Notes: generated by a model from the letters alone, not told the origin. Positions 9,985-20,216 are shown, counted from the first letter of the stretch. The stretch is DNA of 64,000 nucleotides from Calditrichota bacterium (GCA_020051775.1 JAGVQJ010000163.1:2928-66927), one strand, 5' to 3'. Numbers and translations are program-made.

Positions 9985-11136
9985 ATGAAAAATATCGTCG
10001 TCCTGGGTTCTACTGGGTCTATCGGACGAAGCACTTTAGAAGTCATCAGGCGACTGGGGCAGGATTATCGGGTTTGGGGTTTGGCGGCTAAGTCCAGTTT
10101 CGAGGCACTGGCCGCACAAGCGCGTGAGTTCCAGCCCCGACGGCTGGCCATTCCAGATCTTGAGGGCCGGCCTCGGTTACTTAGTCATTTGAACGGCCTC
10201 GAGGTTGACTTATTGTGCGGTGACCAAGCATTGGTAACACTGGCACAGGAACCTCAAGTGGATGTGGTGGTCAACGCACTGGTGGGTGGTATCGGGTTAC
10301 AAGCTACATTATCGGCTTTGTCAGCGGGTAAGATAGTTGCTCTGGCCAACAAGGAGAGCATTGTTATGGCCGGGAAATTGGTTATGGAAACCGCCGCGAA
10401 GCATGGAGGGGTGTTGATCCCTGTGGATAGCGAACATTCCGCCTTGCACCAATGTCTACGCGGTGAAAATGCCCATCAGGTAAACCGGTTGATCCTGACC
10501 GCTTCAGGTGGACCGTTTTTACGACGCGATGTAGCCAGTTTCTCCAGCATTACGCCACAAGAAGCTTTGAAACATCCTAATTGGAGCATGGGGCCCAAAA
10601 TCACCATTGACAGCGCCACCATGATGAACAAAGGGCTGGAAGTCATTGAAGCGCATTATCTGTTCGGAATACCTGCGGAAAAAATAAAAGTGATCATTCA
10701 TCCCCAGTCCGTGATTCATTCCCTCGTAGAATTTATAGACGGGTCATTCAAAGCGCAACTCAGCCTGCCAGACATGCGCATCCCCATCCAATATGCGCTG
10801 ACTTACCCTGATCGTCTTCCGGGGGAGTATGTGGAGACGGATTTGGCGCAAATCGGTTCGCTGGAATTCGAGGCTCCCGACTTTCACCGTTTCCCTTGCC
10901 TGGTACTGGCCTATAAAGCCTTGCAGAGCGGTGATGGTTATCCAGCCGTTCTCAGCGCTGCTAACGAGACGGCGGTACAAGCATTTTTAGATGGGCGTTT
11001 GTCGTTCAACGAAATTTCTTCACTAATTGAACAGACAATGGACGCTTACAGTTCTCCAACCCTCTACGATTCAGACGCCATTTACGAAGCCGATTCCTGG
11101 GCCAGGCAGTGGTGCCATGATAGAATTCAAAACTAA
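9985..11136 (+). CDS. dxr: 1-deoxy-D-xylulose 5-phosphate reductoisomerase
   Basis: Motifs VLGSTGSIGRSTL, LANKESIV, PVDSEHSA, LTASGGPF and NKGLEVIEAH. Confidence 0.95.
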   Translation: MKNIVVLGSTGSIGRSTLEVIRRLGQDYRVWGLAAKSSFEALAAQAREFQPRRLAIPDLEGRPRLLSHLNGLEVDLLCGDQALVTLAQEPQVDVVVNALVGGIGLQATLSALSAGKIVALANKESIVMAGKLVMETAAKHGGVLIPVDSEHSALHQCLRGENAHQVNRLILTASGGPFLRRDVASFSSITPQEALKHPNWSMGPKITIDSATMMNKGLEVIEAHYLFGIPAEKIKVIIHPQSVIHSLVEFIDGSFKAQLSLPDMRIPIQYALTYPDRLPGEYVETDLAQIGSLEFEAPDFHRFPCLVLAYKALQSGDGYPAVLSAANETAVQAFLDGRLSFNEISSLIEQTMDAYSSPTLYDSDAIYEADSWARQWCHDRIQN

Positions 11137-11149
11137 GGATTAATCCGAT

Positions 11150-12220
11150 ATGCCATTGACCATTATTGCCTTTATCATAGTTTTAGGCATCATTATTTTC
11201 GTCCACGAGCTGGGTCATTTTCTGGCCGCCAAGCTGGTTGGAATTCGTGTCGAAACGTTTTCACTGGGATTTCCTCCCAAGATGGTATCTCGCAAGGTGG
11301 GTGAAACTGAATATGTCATCGGCTGGGTGCCGCTGGGTGGGTATGTAAAAATGGCCGGCATGGTGGATGAAAGCATGGAGGACAAACCTCTTACCGGCGC
11401 AGCCTGGGAATTCATGTCCAAAAGTTACCTGCAGAAAATATTTGTCATCACCGCCGGCGTGCTGATGAACTTCCTACTGGGTATTATTGTTTATTTTTTA
11501 TTGACGTGGCATATCGGGGTAGCGGACGTCAGCCAGCCGGTTGTCGGCAGCCTTCAGAAGGGATTTCCCGCCGAACAGATCGGTCTGCAAAAGGGCGACA
11601 GAATTGTGGCCATCGCCGGGGATTCTATCAAAACCTGGCAGGAACTCACCGATATTATCCACGCCTCCGGCGGTCTGGCGCTGGAAATCGAATGGCTGCG
11701 CGAAAATGAGAGCTTCTCGGCGCTGGTAATACCGCGCGATACGACACTTACACGGGGGGATTCTACTTACCATTTGGGGTTGATCGGTATCAATCCTCAG
11801 CCTGAATTCCGGCAGGTTGGATTCTTTGAATCGGTGGGCAGAGGCTTTCGCATCACGTGGTTTATCATCGAACAGAGTCTAAGCGCTTTTAAAATGCTGA
11901 TTTTCGGACAAGCCGGTTTGAACGATGTAGCCGGACCTATCGGCATCGCGCAACTTTCAGGGCAAACCATTCGCAACGGATGGGTAGATTTCATTTCACT
12001 CATTGCGCAAATTTCGGTCAGTATCGGCTTGTTGAATATCTTTCCCTTCCCGGTGCTGGACGGCGGCCACCTGGTATTCATTACCATCGAAGCCATCTTT
12101 CGCCGCACCATTCCGACGAAAGTAAAACTCAACATTCAGAAGGTTGGTTTGGCGTTGATTTTGGCCTTTTTCCTGCTGGTCAGCTATCATGATATCTTGC
12201 GGATAATCTTCGGAAAATGA
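11150..12220 (+). CDS. rseP: RIP metalloprotease RseP (site-2 protease, M50)
   Basis: HELGHF zinc motif in the first transmembrane helix, an internal PDZ-like segment, and a C-terminal LNIFPFPVLDGGH motif. It follows dxr, as in many bacteria. Confidence 0.9.
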   Translation: MPLTIIAFIIVLGIIIFVHELGHFLAAKLVGIRVETFSLGFPPKMVSRKVGETEYVIGWVPLGGYVKMAGMVDESMEDKPLTGAAWEFMSKSYLQKIFVITAGVLMNFLLGIIVYFLLTWHIGVADVSQPVVGSLQKGFPAEQIGLQKGDRIVAIAGDSIKTWQELTDIIHASGGLALEIEWLRENESFSALVIPRDTTLTRGDSTYHLGLIGINPQPEFRQVGFFESVGRGFRITWFIIEQSLSAFKMLIFGQAGLNDVAGPIGIAQLSGQTIRNGWVDFISLIAQISVSIGLLNIFPFPVLDGGHLVFITIEAIFRRTIPTKVKLNIQKVGLALILAFFLLVSYHDILRIIFGK

Positions 12221-13602
12221 AATCGCGGATTGTATTAATTGTATTCCTGTTGCTGGCATCCGTCGTCGTGCTGAGTTGCGCTAAGCGAATCAGTCCACCA
12301 CCACCAGTGCCCGTAGTATCCGACGGACAGGCTCCCGACCCGCAAGCCCTGGATCATTTCATCCACGGCGTGGTTTTGGATCAACAGGGCGAAATCACGC
12401 GCGCCATAGGCGAATACCGCCGCGCTTTGCTCTTTGACTCCACTGCGGCCAGCATTTATATTGCCATGGCTGAAGATTATTTCACCATGAAGCTCTACGA
12501 TGATGCTGTAATCCAATTACAGGAAGCGCTTCGGGTCGAACCGGAAAACGTAGAAGCAATGGAATTCCTGAGTGATCTGCTGCTGGAAACCGGCCAAGTG
12601 GATTCGGCTATCGCCATGGCGCGTCGGCTCATCCTCGCGCGCCCCGACGACATGCGTTACCGGCGCAATCTTGGTAATCTCTATATCCGACAGGACAGTT
12701 TAAATACTGCTCTTACCCAATACGAAGAAATTTTGCATCGCTATCCTGAGGATGGCGAAGCATTAAGCCAGGTCAGCGCTGTCTATATCGCCTTAAAAGA
12801 GTTCCAGAAAGCCTTGGATACCAGCAGCAAACTTTACACTCTCGATTCCACCGACGACCGGGTCGCTTTCACGTTAGCTTCGTTGTATGCCGAGTTGGAA
12901 ATGCCAACTGAAGCTGATTATTATTTCAATCGTTCTGTGGAACTGAATCCCGATGACCCCCGCTATTTTTCCAATTGGGCTTATTTGCAGATTAGCCACA
13001 AAGATTACGACCGGGCTATCACCATCCTGCAAAAAGGCACACATCAGCATCCCCGATCAGCAGACATCTGGGCGTTATTGGGTTCGGCTTACCAGCAGGC
13101 CGGTCAGGATTCTTCTGCCATTAAGGCCTTGGATCACTCCCTGGAGCTTGACGCCGCTAAGATAGGCCCTTATATTACCTTGGGATATATCTATGATAAT
13201 GCCGGTAAATTCGAAAAGGCGTTGGAAGTTTACAACCAGGCTTTGGCCATTGCCCCGGAAGATCCGCTGTTGTTGAACAACTTTGCCTATATGCTGGCGC
13301 AGAAGAAAATCCGCTTGGACGAAGCTTTGTCCAAGGCAAAAATAGCCGTCGAAAAAAATCCCGATAACCCATCGTTCTTAGACACCATAGGTTGGGTTTA
13401 TTATGGGTTAGGCGACTTGCAGCAAGCCCGGCGGTACATGGAAATGGCCCTTACTAAAGATGAAAAGAATCCCACTATTCTGGAGCATTTAGGGGATATC
13501 CTCAGTGCCATGGATAATAAAGACGAGGCACGTGTTCACTGGTTGAAGGCGCTGGAATTCGATCCCAATAACTTGCAGATTCGGGAGAAACTGGCGCAAT
13601 GA
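12217..13602 (+). CDS. Tetratricopeptide-repeat lipoprotein/secreted protein
   Basis: N-terminal signal with Cys (VVVLSCAK) and many 34-aa TPR-like repeats (A..Y...L...P.n). ATGA overlap with rseP. Confidence 0.75.
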   Translation: MKSRIVLIVFLLLASVVVLSCAKRISPPPPVPVVSDGQAPDPQALDHFIHGVVLDQQGEITRAIGEYRRALLFDSTAASIYIAMAEDYFTMKLYDDAVIQLQEALRVEPENVEAMEFLSDLLLETGQVDSAIAMARRLILARPDDMRYRRNLGNLYIRQDSLNTALTQYEEILHRYPEDGEALSQVSAVYIALKEFQKALDTSSKLYTLDSTDDRVAFTLASLYAELEMPTEADYYFNRSVELNPDDPRYFSNWAYLQISHKDYDRAITILQKGTHQHPRSADIWALLGSAYQQAGQDSSAIKALDHSLELDAAKIGPYITLGYIYDNAGKFEKALEVYNQALAIAPEDPLLLNNFAYMLAQKKIRLDEALSKAKIAVEKNPDNPSFLDTIGWVYYGLGDLQQARRYMEMALTKDEKNPTILEHLGDILSAMDNKDEARVHWLKALEFDPNNLQIREKLAQ

Positions 13603-14402
13603 GAGTCTTCCGAGCATTCTGGTTTCCCGGTCTGGTTGCGCTTTTCTTCTGGTTGTTCACGGGATGTTCAAACCGACCCAAATTCGAAATCTTGCCTCTG
13701 CCTGACCCCTTCACGCTGATGACCGAAGTCGTTCGCAACCAATCCGCGCTCAGAGATTACTCCGGTAGCGGATCCATTGCCGTATCCGGTCCTGATTTGC
13801 GCAAAACTGTACTCGGAATAAGAGTGTACTATTTAACGCCCGATCGTTTATCGTTGAATTTCAAAGGTCCCTTGGGCATTAGTGTGGGATCTTTAATCTT
13901 GGTCGGTGATCAATACCAATTGAAACTCGGGGCCGACCATAAAATTATCCACGGCCGTGTCAGTGAATTCGTATACCCCTTGGGAATGAATCTCCTGATT
14001 GGCGGAAAAGAATTGCGAGAAATCATGTTACCATTGATCGCCGCTGACACCATGCCTGATTCGATGGCAATCGCAAGAGACGATGACCGGAAGCAATTCA
14101 AAATTGAGTGGTCGAGTGGAGTTCTTGAGCATCACCTCTGGAAAGATCCTTATCGTCCGCTGTTCTTGCGGAAACTCAATATTTCATCTTCCGGTGACAC
14201 AGTATGGGACAAACAAATCGGCGATGTTAATTTGCGGGCAGGCGTTTATTTACCGAATGAATGGATGATAAAGGTGGGGCAGGGGGGCGCAGCTTATCAA
14301 GTGAAATTGGACATGATCCAAATAAAGGTCAATACCGGTCTGTCACCTGATCATTTCGATCTAGAGATAGACTCCTCGGAGGTCCACGGTGGAGCATATT
14401 AA
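13599..14402 (+). CDS. Lipoprotein, LolB/DUF4292-like (uncharacterised)
   Basis: Lipobox LFTGCS, about 260 aa and beta-rich, translationally coupled (ATGA) to the TPR gene. The family name is from memory of Bacteroidota synteny. Confidence 0.45.
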   Translation: MRVFRAFWFPGLVALFFWLFTGCSNRPKFEILPLPDPFTLMTEVVRNQSALRDYSGSGSIAVSGPDLRKTVLGIRVYYLTPDRLSLNFKGPLGISVGSLILVGDQYQLKLGADHKIIHGRVSEFVYPLGMNLLIGGKELREIMLPLIAADTMPDSMAIARDDDRKQFKIEWSSGVLEHHLWKDPYRPLFLRKLNISSSGDTVWDKQIGDVNLRAGVYLPNEWMIKVGQGGAAYQVKLDMIQIKVNTGLSPDHFDLEIDSSEVHGGAY

Positions 14403-15342
14403 AGTCTCCGTGGTCATTCCTCTACTCAACGAGGAGGAATCACTTTCGGAGTTGCACCAACGGATCAAGGAAAACCTGGAACCCATCGGAGAATACGAGA
14501 TAATCTTCGTGGACGATGGCAGCAGGGATAACTCCTTGAAAAACCTCCAAGCATTACACTCGCAGAATCCGCGTGTAAAAGTCATCTCCTTCCGCAAGAA
14601 CTACGGCAAATCCGCCGCTTTAAGTGTGGGCTTTTCTTATGCTCGGGGCGAGTACGTCATCACCATGGATGCTGACTTGCAAGATGATCCGGCAGAAATA
14701 CCCCATTTGATAGACAAGCTCGAGCAGGGTTACGACCTGGTTTCCGGCTGGAAAAAAGTGCGTCATGATCCCTTGGGGAAGACACTGCCATCGAAACTGT
14801 TCAACTATGTGACCGGCCTGATGTCAGGATTGCGCATCCATGATTTCAATTGTGGATTGAAGATTTACCGTCAGGAGGTCGTTAAGGAACTTCCGGTATA
14901 CGGTGAGATGCACCGCTTCCTGCCTGCATTGGCACATTTTGACGGCTATCGAGTGGCTGAAATCCCGGTGCAGCATCATGCCCGTCAATATGGCCGCACA
15001 AAATTCGGCGCCTCGCGTTTCATTAACGGGTTTCTGGATCTAGTTACCGTTCTATTCCTTGTCAGATATATCAAGAAACCACTACACTTGTTCGGTATTG
15101 CCGGTCTGCTGCTAATGTTTTTCGGGTTTGCGATTTTAGCTTGGTTGACTTGGGGTTGGTTTCAAGGCGTGTGGATCGGTAATCGTCCTATCTTTTTTCT
15201 GGGATTTTTGCTCTTGGTGTTCGGCGCGCAAGTCTTTTCGTTGGGATTGATCGCAGAAATGATGACGCGAGCCCAAGCCGACCGCCGGGAATACTCGTGC
15301 AAGATGCTTATAGGCTTCGAGGGGCATAACATTGACTTTTAA
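14389..15342 (+). CDS. Family 2 glycosyltransferase (polyprenyl-phosphate sugar transferase, ArnC/DPM1-like)
   Basis: VSVVIPLLNEEESL, VDDGSRDNS and DADLQDDP (DxD) motifs, with two C-terminal transmembrane helices. Confidence 0.85.
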   Translation: MEHIKVSVVIPLLNEEESLSELHQRIKENLEPIGEYEIIFVDDGSRDNSLKNLQALHSQNPRVKVISFRKNYGKSAALSVGFSYARGEYVITMDADLQDDPAEIPHLIDKLEQGYDLVSGWKKVRHDPLGKTLPSKLFNYVTGLMSGLRIHDFNCGLKIYRQEVVKELPVYGEMHRFLPALAHFDGYRVAEIPVQHHARQYGRTKFGASRFINGFLDLVTVLFLVRYIKKPLHLFGIAGLLLMFFGFAILAWLTWGWFQGVWIGNRPIFFLGFLLLVFGAQVFSLGLIAEMMTRAQADRREYSCKMLIGFEGHNIDF

Positions 15343-16474
15343 TTTGGTGGGTCCCTTTTATCCCTTGAGGGGCGGCATCGCTCAGTATCTCGGCGTTCTG
15401 GGACAGAAACTTTTAGCAAAAGGTCATCGCGTAAGAGTACTGGCCTTCCGTAAGCAGTTTCCTCGCTTTCTTTTTCCCGGCCAGACCCAATTGGAATCCA
15501 GTCAGGAATACATTCACCTGGACTCGGAAGCCGTCTTTGTCCCCTGGAATCCCTACAGTTGGTATCTTACTTTCAAAAAGGCCAAGGCCGGCAATGCCCA
15601 AGCTTTGATTTTCAAATACTGGATGCCTTTTTTCGCGCCGGGCTATGCTGCTGTTTGCGCCTTAGTCCATTGGTTTACCGATATTCGCATCATCTTTATC
15701 CTCGACAACGTCATTCCTCATGAGAAGCGCCCCGGGGACCGCCTCTTTACACGACTGGCATTCCGCTGGGTGGATGGATTCATTGCGCAATCTGATGTAG
15801 TTCGGCAGGATCTATTTACATGGTTTCCAGAAGCCAAAGAACGAGCCGTAGTGTGCGTGCCTCATCCTATTTATGATACCTATACCGGCGCAGAGATGAG
15901 TCGCGCCGAAGCGCGGGAAAAATTGGGCCGACCAAAAGCGGAGAAATTGTTATTGTTTTTCGGGCTGGTGCGGCATTATAAGGGATTGGATATTCTGCTT
16001 GAGGCGATGCCGGAAGTGATCCGGTCAATGGATGACGTGCACTTAATAGTGGCCGGCGAATTCTACGAACCCGAGCAGGAATTTCTCCAGAGAATCAAAC
16101 GCTTGGGCATAGCCGAACAGGTTACGTTGGTCAACAAATACATACCCAATGAAGAGGTCAGCCGGTATTTTCGCGCTGCGGATGTGTTAGTACTGCCATA
16201 TCGGTCCGCAACGCAGTCGGGCGTCATTCAAGTAGCGCATTTCTTTGAATTGCCCGTCATATCCACTCGTGTTGGCGGATTGCCTGAAGTAGTTCGTGAA
16301 GGGGAGACGGGATTTCTGGTCGAACCGGAGAATCCCCTCTTGCTGGCACAGGCTATTCGAAACTACTTCGAATATTCCAATCGCGAAGCTCTCCGATTGG
16401 GATTGGAGGCCGCCAAAGTCCAATACTCCTGGGACCCTATGATCAAAGTAATTGAAGAAATGGCAATTCCTTAA
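15332..16474 (+). CDS. Family 4 (GT-B) glycosyltransferase
   Basis: The C-terminal half has the GT1/GT4 pattern (LLFFGLVRHYKGLD..., LPYRSATQSGV, ETGFLVEP). Confidence 0.8.
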   Translation: MTFNLVGPFYPLRGGIAQYLGVLGQKLLAKGHRVRVLAFRKQFPRFLFPGQTQLESSQEYIHLDSEAVFVPWNPYSWYLTFKKAKAGNAQALIFKYWMPFFAPGYAAVCALVHWFTDIRIIFILDNVIPHEKRPGDRLFTRLAFRWVDGFIAQSDVVRQDLFTWFPEAKERAVVCVPHPIYDTYTGAEMSRAEAREKLGRPKAEKLLLFFGLVRHYKGLDILLEAMPEVIRSMDDVHLIVAGEFYEPEQEFLQRIKRLGIAEQVTLVNKYIPNEEVSRYFRAADVLVLPYRSATQSGVIQVAHFFELPVISTRVGGLPEVVREGETGFLVEPENPLLLAQAIRNYFEYSNREALRLGLEAAKVQYSWDPMIKVIEEMAIP

Positions 16475-16576
16475 TCAGACTACTGCAAGAGAGCTCCTGT
16501 TTTATGTCGAATGGCAAAGGACGGTTAAGCAATTTTTGGACGGTGGGACAAGATTTAATGAATCTTAACAAAAAGC

Positions 16577-16605
16577 TTGACTTCCGCATAAAAATTAAGT
16601 AAATT
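16577..16605 (+). promoter_or_regulatory. Sigma70-type promoter of the rplM-rpsI operon (TTGACT-17-TAAATT)
   Basis: TTGACT at 16577-16582, an exact 17-nt spacer, TAAATT at 16600-16605, about 30 nt upstream of rplM. Confidence 0.55.
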
Positions 16606-16635
16606 AATTGATCTAATAAATCTGGGAAGCTGAAA

Positions 16636-17070
16636 TTGCAAACTTATCACGTAAAACGCAAGGACGTTGAGCGAAACTGGTACATCGTAGATGCCGACGG
16701 CCTGATTTTAGGCCGGCTAGCCACTCGCATCGCCTCCGTTCTGCGCGGAAAACACAAAGCTGATTTTTCTCCGCATCTGGATAACGGCGATTTCATCGTC
16801 GTGGTGAATGCCGAGAAGATCAAAGTCACCGGCGACAAGGAAGAGCAGAAGTATTACTTCAGCCACAGCCCTTATCCGGGAGGTGACAAGTATATTACGG
16901 TAGCTCAAATGCGGGCTAAACACCCGGAGAAAATCCTGTATCACGCGGTTAAGGGAATGTTGCCGCGCGGCCCTCTGGGGCGGGATCAACTCCGTAAACT
17001 GAAGATCTACGCCGGACCGGAACACCCCCACCAAGCCCAAATCCCGGCGCCCTTTCCCTTGGAGAAATAA
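16636..17070 (+). CDS. rplM: 50S ribosomal protein L13
   Basis: [30 protein letters not shown] is a canonical L13 N-terminus. TTG start. Confidence 0.95.
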   Translation: MQTYHVKRKDVERNWYIVDADGLILGRLATRIASVLRGKHKADFSPHLDNGDFIVVVNAEKIKVTGDKEEQKYYFSHSPYPGGDKYITVAQMRAKHPEKILYHAVKGMLPRGPLGRDQLRKLKIYAGPEHPHQAQIPAPFPLEK

Positions 17071-17082
17071 TTAGAGGTATTG

Positions 17083-17487
17083 ATGCCGACTGCTGATAAC
17101 GCACAAAAGTTTTACGCCACGGGCCGCCGCAAAACCTCCGTGGCGCGAGTATGGCTGAGTTTTGGAAGCGGCCAATTGAAGGTCAACGGTAAGGAATTCA
17201 TTGAGTACTTTGGCCGAGAAACTCTGAAAATGATGGTTGAGCAGCCCTTTGAGCAGCTTGAATCTCTCGGTAAATATGATGTCACTGCGCAAGTATGTGG
17301 CGGAGGGAAAAGCGGCCAGGCCGGCGCCATGCGCTTGGGTATAGCGCGTGCGCTGATTCAGATGGATCCGGAAAACAAACCGGCGATGAAGCGTAATCAT
17401 TTTCTCACTCGCGACCCGCGCGAGAAGGAACGCAAGAAGTACGGTCAGCCTGGCGCTCGTAAGCGCTTCCAGTACTCCAAGCGTTAA
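17083..17487 (+). CDS. rpsI: 30S ribosomal protein S9
   Basis: YATGRRKTSVARV... and the C-terminal RKKYGQPGARKRFQYSKR are canonical S9. AGAGG lies 5 nt upstream of ATG 17083. Confidence 0.95.
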   Translation: MPTADNAQKFYATGRRKTSVARVWLSFGSGQLKVNGKEFIEYFGRETLKMMVEQPFEQLESLGKYDVTAQVCGGGKSGQAGAMRLGIARALIQMDPENKPAMKRNHFLTRDPREKERKKYGQPGARKRFQYSKR

Positions 17488-17655
17488 AATCCCGTTCCTT
17501 TGGCCTCCCTGAATGAGAGAGGTACTTGGAATTGAACTAACAAATCTCACATCCCTGGATCGTCGTCCCGGGTGTCCGGCGTCGAGCTGCTGGATTGGAC
17601 CGCGAAGCGAAAGGGGTGGTTGACTAACCCAAAATCAAGAAATAAGAGGAAGATT

Positions 17656-18570
17656 ATGCCAGTTGTATCCATTCAGCAATTACTTTTAGCGGGAACCCAC
17701 TTCGGCCATTTGACGCGCCGCTGGAACCCGAAAATGAAAAAATACATTTTCGGCGCCAACCACAGCATCCACATCATTGACCTGAAAAAAACCCAAAGCT
17801 GCATTGACTTCGCTTGCGCCGCTGCGCAGAGTATCGTTAAAACCGGCGAAAAAGTGCTCTATATCGGCACAAAAAAGCAAGCTAAAGATATCATTCGTCA
17901 CGAAGCCAGCCGCGCCAAAATGCCCTTTGTCAACGAACGCTGGCTGGGTGGCATGTTGACCAATTTTGCTACTATCCGTAAAAGCATCAAAACGATGCAG
18001 ACTTATGAGAAAATGGCCACCGACGGCACCTTCGAGAAGATCTCGAAGAAAGAGCGTCTGACCATCGAAAAGGAAAAGACCAAGCTGGAAAAAGTGTTGG
18101 GTGGAATTCGTGATTTGAAGAAACTACCGGGCGCCGTCTTCATCGTGGACACGAAAAAAGAGCATATTGCGGTATCGGAAGCACGCAAATTGAACATTCC
18201 CATTATCGCCATCGTTGATACGAACGTAGATCCCGATCTGGTGGATTATCCGATACCCGCCAATGATGATGCGTTCAAATCCATCGGCCTGATTACTCGA
18301 GCCTTGACCGACGCCGTGGAAGAAGCCGCCGTGGTGGCAGCGGAACATCGCGCCGCAGAAGAGGTGGTAACTACGGGGCGTCCCCCACGAAAAGATGACA
18401 AAGACCAAGCGCACCGACGCCGGCAACGCCGCCGTCCTCCGCGCGGTGGTCGCCGTGAAGGTGGTGAAACTCCCCGACCGCAGGAAACAACCGGTCGTTC
18501 CGGACCACCGGTTCAAATCCCTGAAGATATCGCTGATGCCGGATCGGGTGAGACGCCCACTACCACTTGA
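17656..18570 (+). CDS. rpsB: 30S ribosomal protein S2 with an Arg/Pro-rich C-terminal extension
   Basis: LLLAGTHFGHLTRRWNPKMKKYIF and WLGGMLTNF motifs. ATG 17656 follows AAGAGGA; the track ORF begins upstream at 17572. Confidence 0.93.
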   Translation: MPVVSIQQLLLAGTHFGHLTRRWNPKMKKYIFGANHSIHIIDLKKTQSCIDFACAAAQSIVKTGEKVLYIGTKKQAKDIIRHEASRAKMPFVNERWLGGMLTNFATIRKSIKTMQTYEKMATDGTFEKISKKERLTIEKEKTKLEKVLGGIRDLKKLPGAVFIVDTKKEHIAVSEARKLNIPIIAIVDTNVDPDLVDYPIPANDDAFKSIGLITRALTDAVEEAAVVAAEHRAAEEVVTTGRPPRKDDKDQAHRRRQRRRPPRGGRREGGETPRPQETTGRSGPPVQIPEDIADAGSGETPTTT

Positions 18571-18612
18571 TGACGAAAAAGATGGTTATTGTTGGAGAAT
18601 TCTGGAGATATT

Positions 18613-19500
18613 ATGGAAATAACCTCCCAAAAGGTTAAGGAATTACGGGAAAAAACCGGCGCCGGTATGATGGATTGCAAGAATGCGCTCGTTGAAACCG
18701 GTGGTGACGAAGAGAAAGCTATAGAAATCCTGCGCCGAAAAGGTCTTTCACGAATTGAAAAGCGCGCCGGCCGAGAAGCAAAAGAAGGTCTGGTGCAAGC
18801 ATATATCAGCACGAGCGGGAAAAGGGGCGTCTTAGTCGAAGTTGACTGTGAAACCGATTTCGTGGCTAAGACCGATGATTTCCGACGATTAGTGACTCTG
18901 ATTGCACAAAAAACAACGGACGCGAATCCAGCGCCAAACTCAAACGACGAAATTTTGAGCTTGAAAGCTGAAGGGCAGACCATTCAGCAGATTTTCACCG
19001 ATACAGCCTCTCGCTTGGGTGAAAATCTGATATTCAGGCGCTTCTGCCGCCTGGAAATTCCCGCAAGTGCTCACGGCCTGATTGATTGGTATATCCATAC
19101 CGGTTCCAAATTGGGCGTAATTTTAATGCTGGAGACGGGTAACAGCGCTACGACAACCCAAGCTGATTTCCGCAGTCTGATGCGTGAAATCCTGCTTCAC
19201 ATCGCGCATTCTAATCCCATGGCCATCGGTCGCGGGGAGATTCCAGCAGAACTTATCGCAAAAGAGAAGGCGATTTACCAAGGGCAAATCGAAGCGGAAG
19301 GTAAGAAAAAACCGGCTGAAGTTGTCGAGAAGATTATCACCGGAAAATTGGAAAAATTCTACGCTGAAGTTGCCTTATTGGAACAAGCTTCGGTAAAGAC
19401 TCCCGAAAAGTCCATTGGGAGTCTCATCGCTGATACCGCTCAAAAAATCGGCGACACCATCATCCTTAAAAGTTTCTGCCGCTTTAAAATCGGGGAATGA
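18613..19500 (+). CDS. tsf: Translation elongation factor Ts
   Basis: [42 protein letters not shown] is the canonical EF-Ts UBA-like N-terminus. GGAGA precedes ATG 18613. Confidence 0.95.
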   Translation: MEITSQKVKELREKTGAGMMDCKNALVETGGDEEKAIEILRRKGLSRIEKRAGREAKEGLVQAYISTSGKRGVLVEVDCETDFVAKTDDFRRLVTLIAQKTTDANPAPNSNDEILSLKAEGQTIQQIFTDTASRLGENLIFRRFCRLEIPASAHGLIDWYIHTGSKLGVILMLETGNSATTTQADFRSLMREILLHIAHSNPMAIGRGEIPAELIAKEKAIYQGQIEAEGKKKPAEVVEKIITGKLEKFYAEVALLEQASVKTPEKSIGSLIADTAQKIGDTIILKSFCRFKIGE

Positions 19501-20213
19501 CTTTGGCATCGTTTCGACGTATTCTGCTAAAAGTTTCGGGTGAATCCCTGGCTGGATCTGAAGGGTTCGGTATCGAGCCGATTTCGGTTGAACGGATCGC
19601 CGGCGAGATCAAAGAAGTCCAGGACATGGCCGTGGAAATTGCCATAGTAATCGGTGGTGGCAACATTTTCCGAGGTTTGAAGGCAGCCGCTAAGGGGATG
19701 GATCGAACCACTGCAGATCAAATGGGCATGCTGGCCACGATCATCAATGCTTTAGCTTTGCAGAATGCGTTGGAGAAAATGGGAGCAGTAACCAGAGTGC
19801 AGTCGGCCATCGAGATCCAGCAGTTGGCGGAATCGTTCATTCGTCGCCGCGCCGTTCGGCACCTGGAAAAAGGCCGCATCGTCATCTTCGCGGCGGGAAC
19901 CGGAAATCCTTATTTCACTAGCGACACAGCAGCTTCATTACGCGCCGTTGAAGTCAATGCTGAGATCATCCTGAAGGGCACTCGCGTTGATGGCGTGTAC
20001 GATAGCGATCCGGAGATCAATCCGACAGCGGTTAAATACGATAAGCTGACTTATTTTGAAGTCATTGAACGCCAGCTTAAAGTGATGGACTCAACCTCTG
20101 TCACCTTGTGTATGGACAATGAGTTGCCCATCAGGGTCTTCAATATCATGGTCCCAGGCAATCTTAAGAAGATCGTCCTGGGCGAAAACGTAGGCACTCT
20201 GGTCGTGAGGTGA
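19497..20213 (+). CDS. pyrH: UMP kinase
   Basis: [24 protein letters not shown] and [13 protein letters not shown] motifs. ATGA overlap with tsf. Confidence 0.95.
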   Translation: MTLASFRRILLKVSGESLAGSEGFGIEPISVERIAGEIKEVQDMAVEIAIVIGGGNIFRGLKAAAKGMDRTTADQMGMLATIINALALQNALEKMGAVTRVQSAIEIQQLAESFIRRRAVRHLEKGRIVIFAAGTGNPYFTSDTAASLRAVEVNAEIILKGTRVDGVYDSDPEINPTAVKYDKLTYFEVIERQLKVMDSTSVTLCMDNELPIRVFNIMVPGNLKKIVLGENVGTLVVR

Positions 20214-20216
20214 AAA

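Noticed and set aside
17071-17550. A 159-aa ORF on the minus strand covering the whole of rpsI.
   Set aside because: It is antisense to an unmistakable S9 gene, has no recognisable motifs, and has the Arg/Ala/Leu-rich composition typical of shadow ORFs.
18124-18983. Several ORFs (18124-18516 minus, 18395-18622 plus, 18513-18983 minus) overlapping the rpsB tail and the tsf start.
   Set aside because: They lie in the locally GC-rich, low-complexity S2 tail region or antisense to EF-Ts. All are explained as frame-shadow ORFs of well-supported genes.
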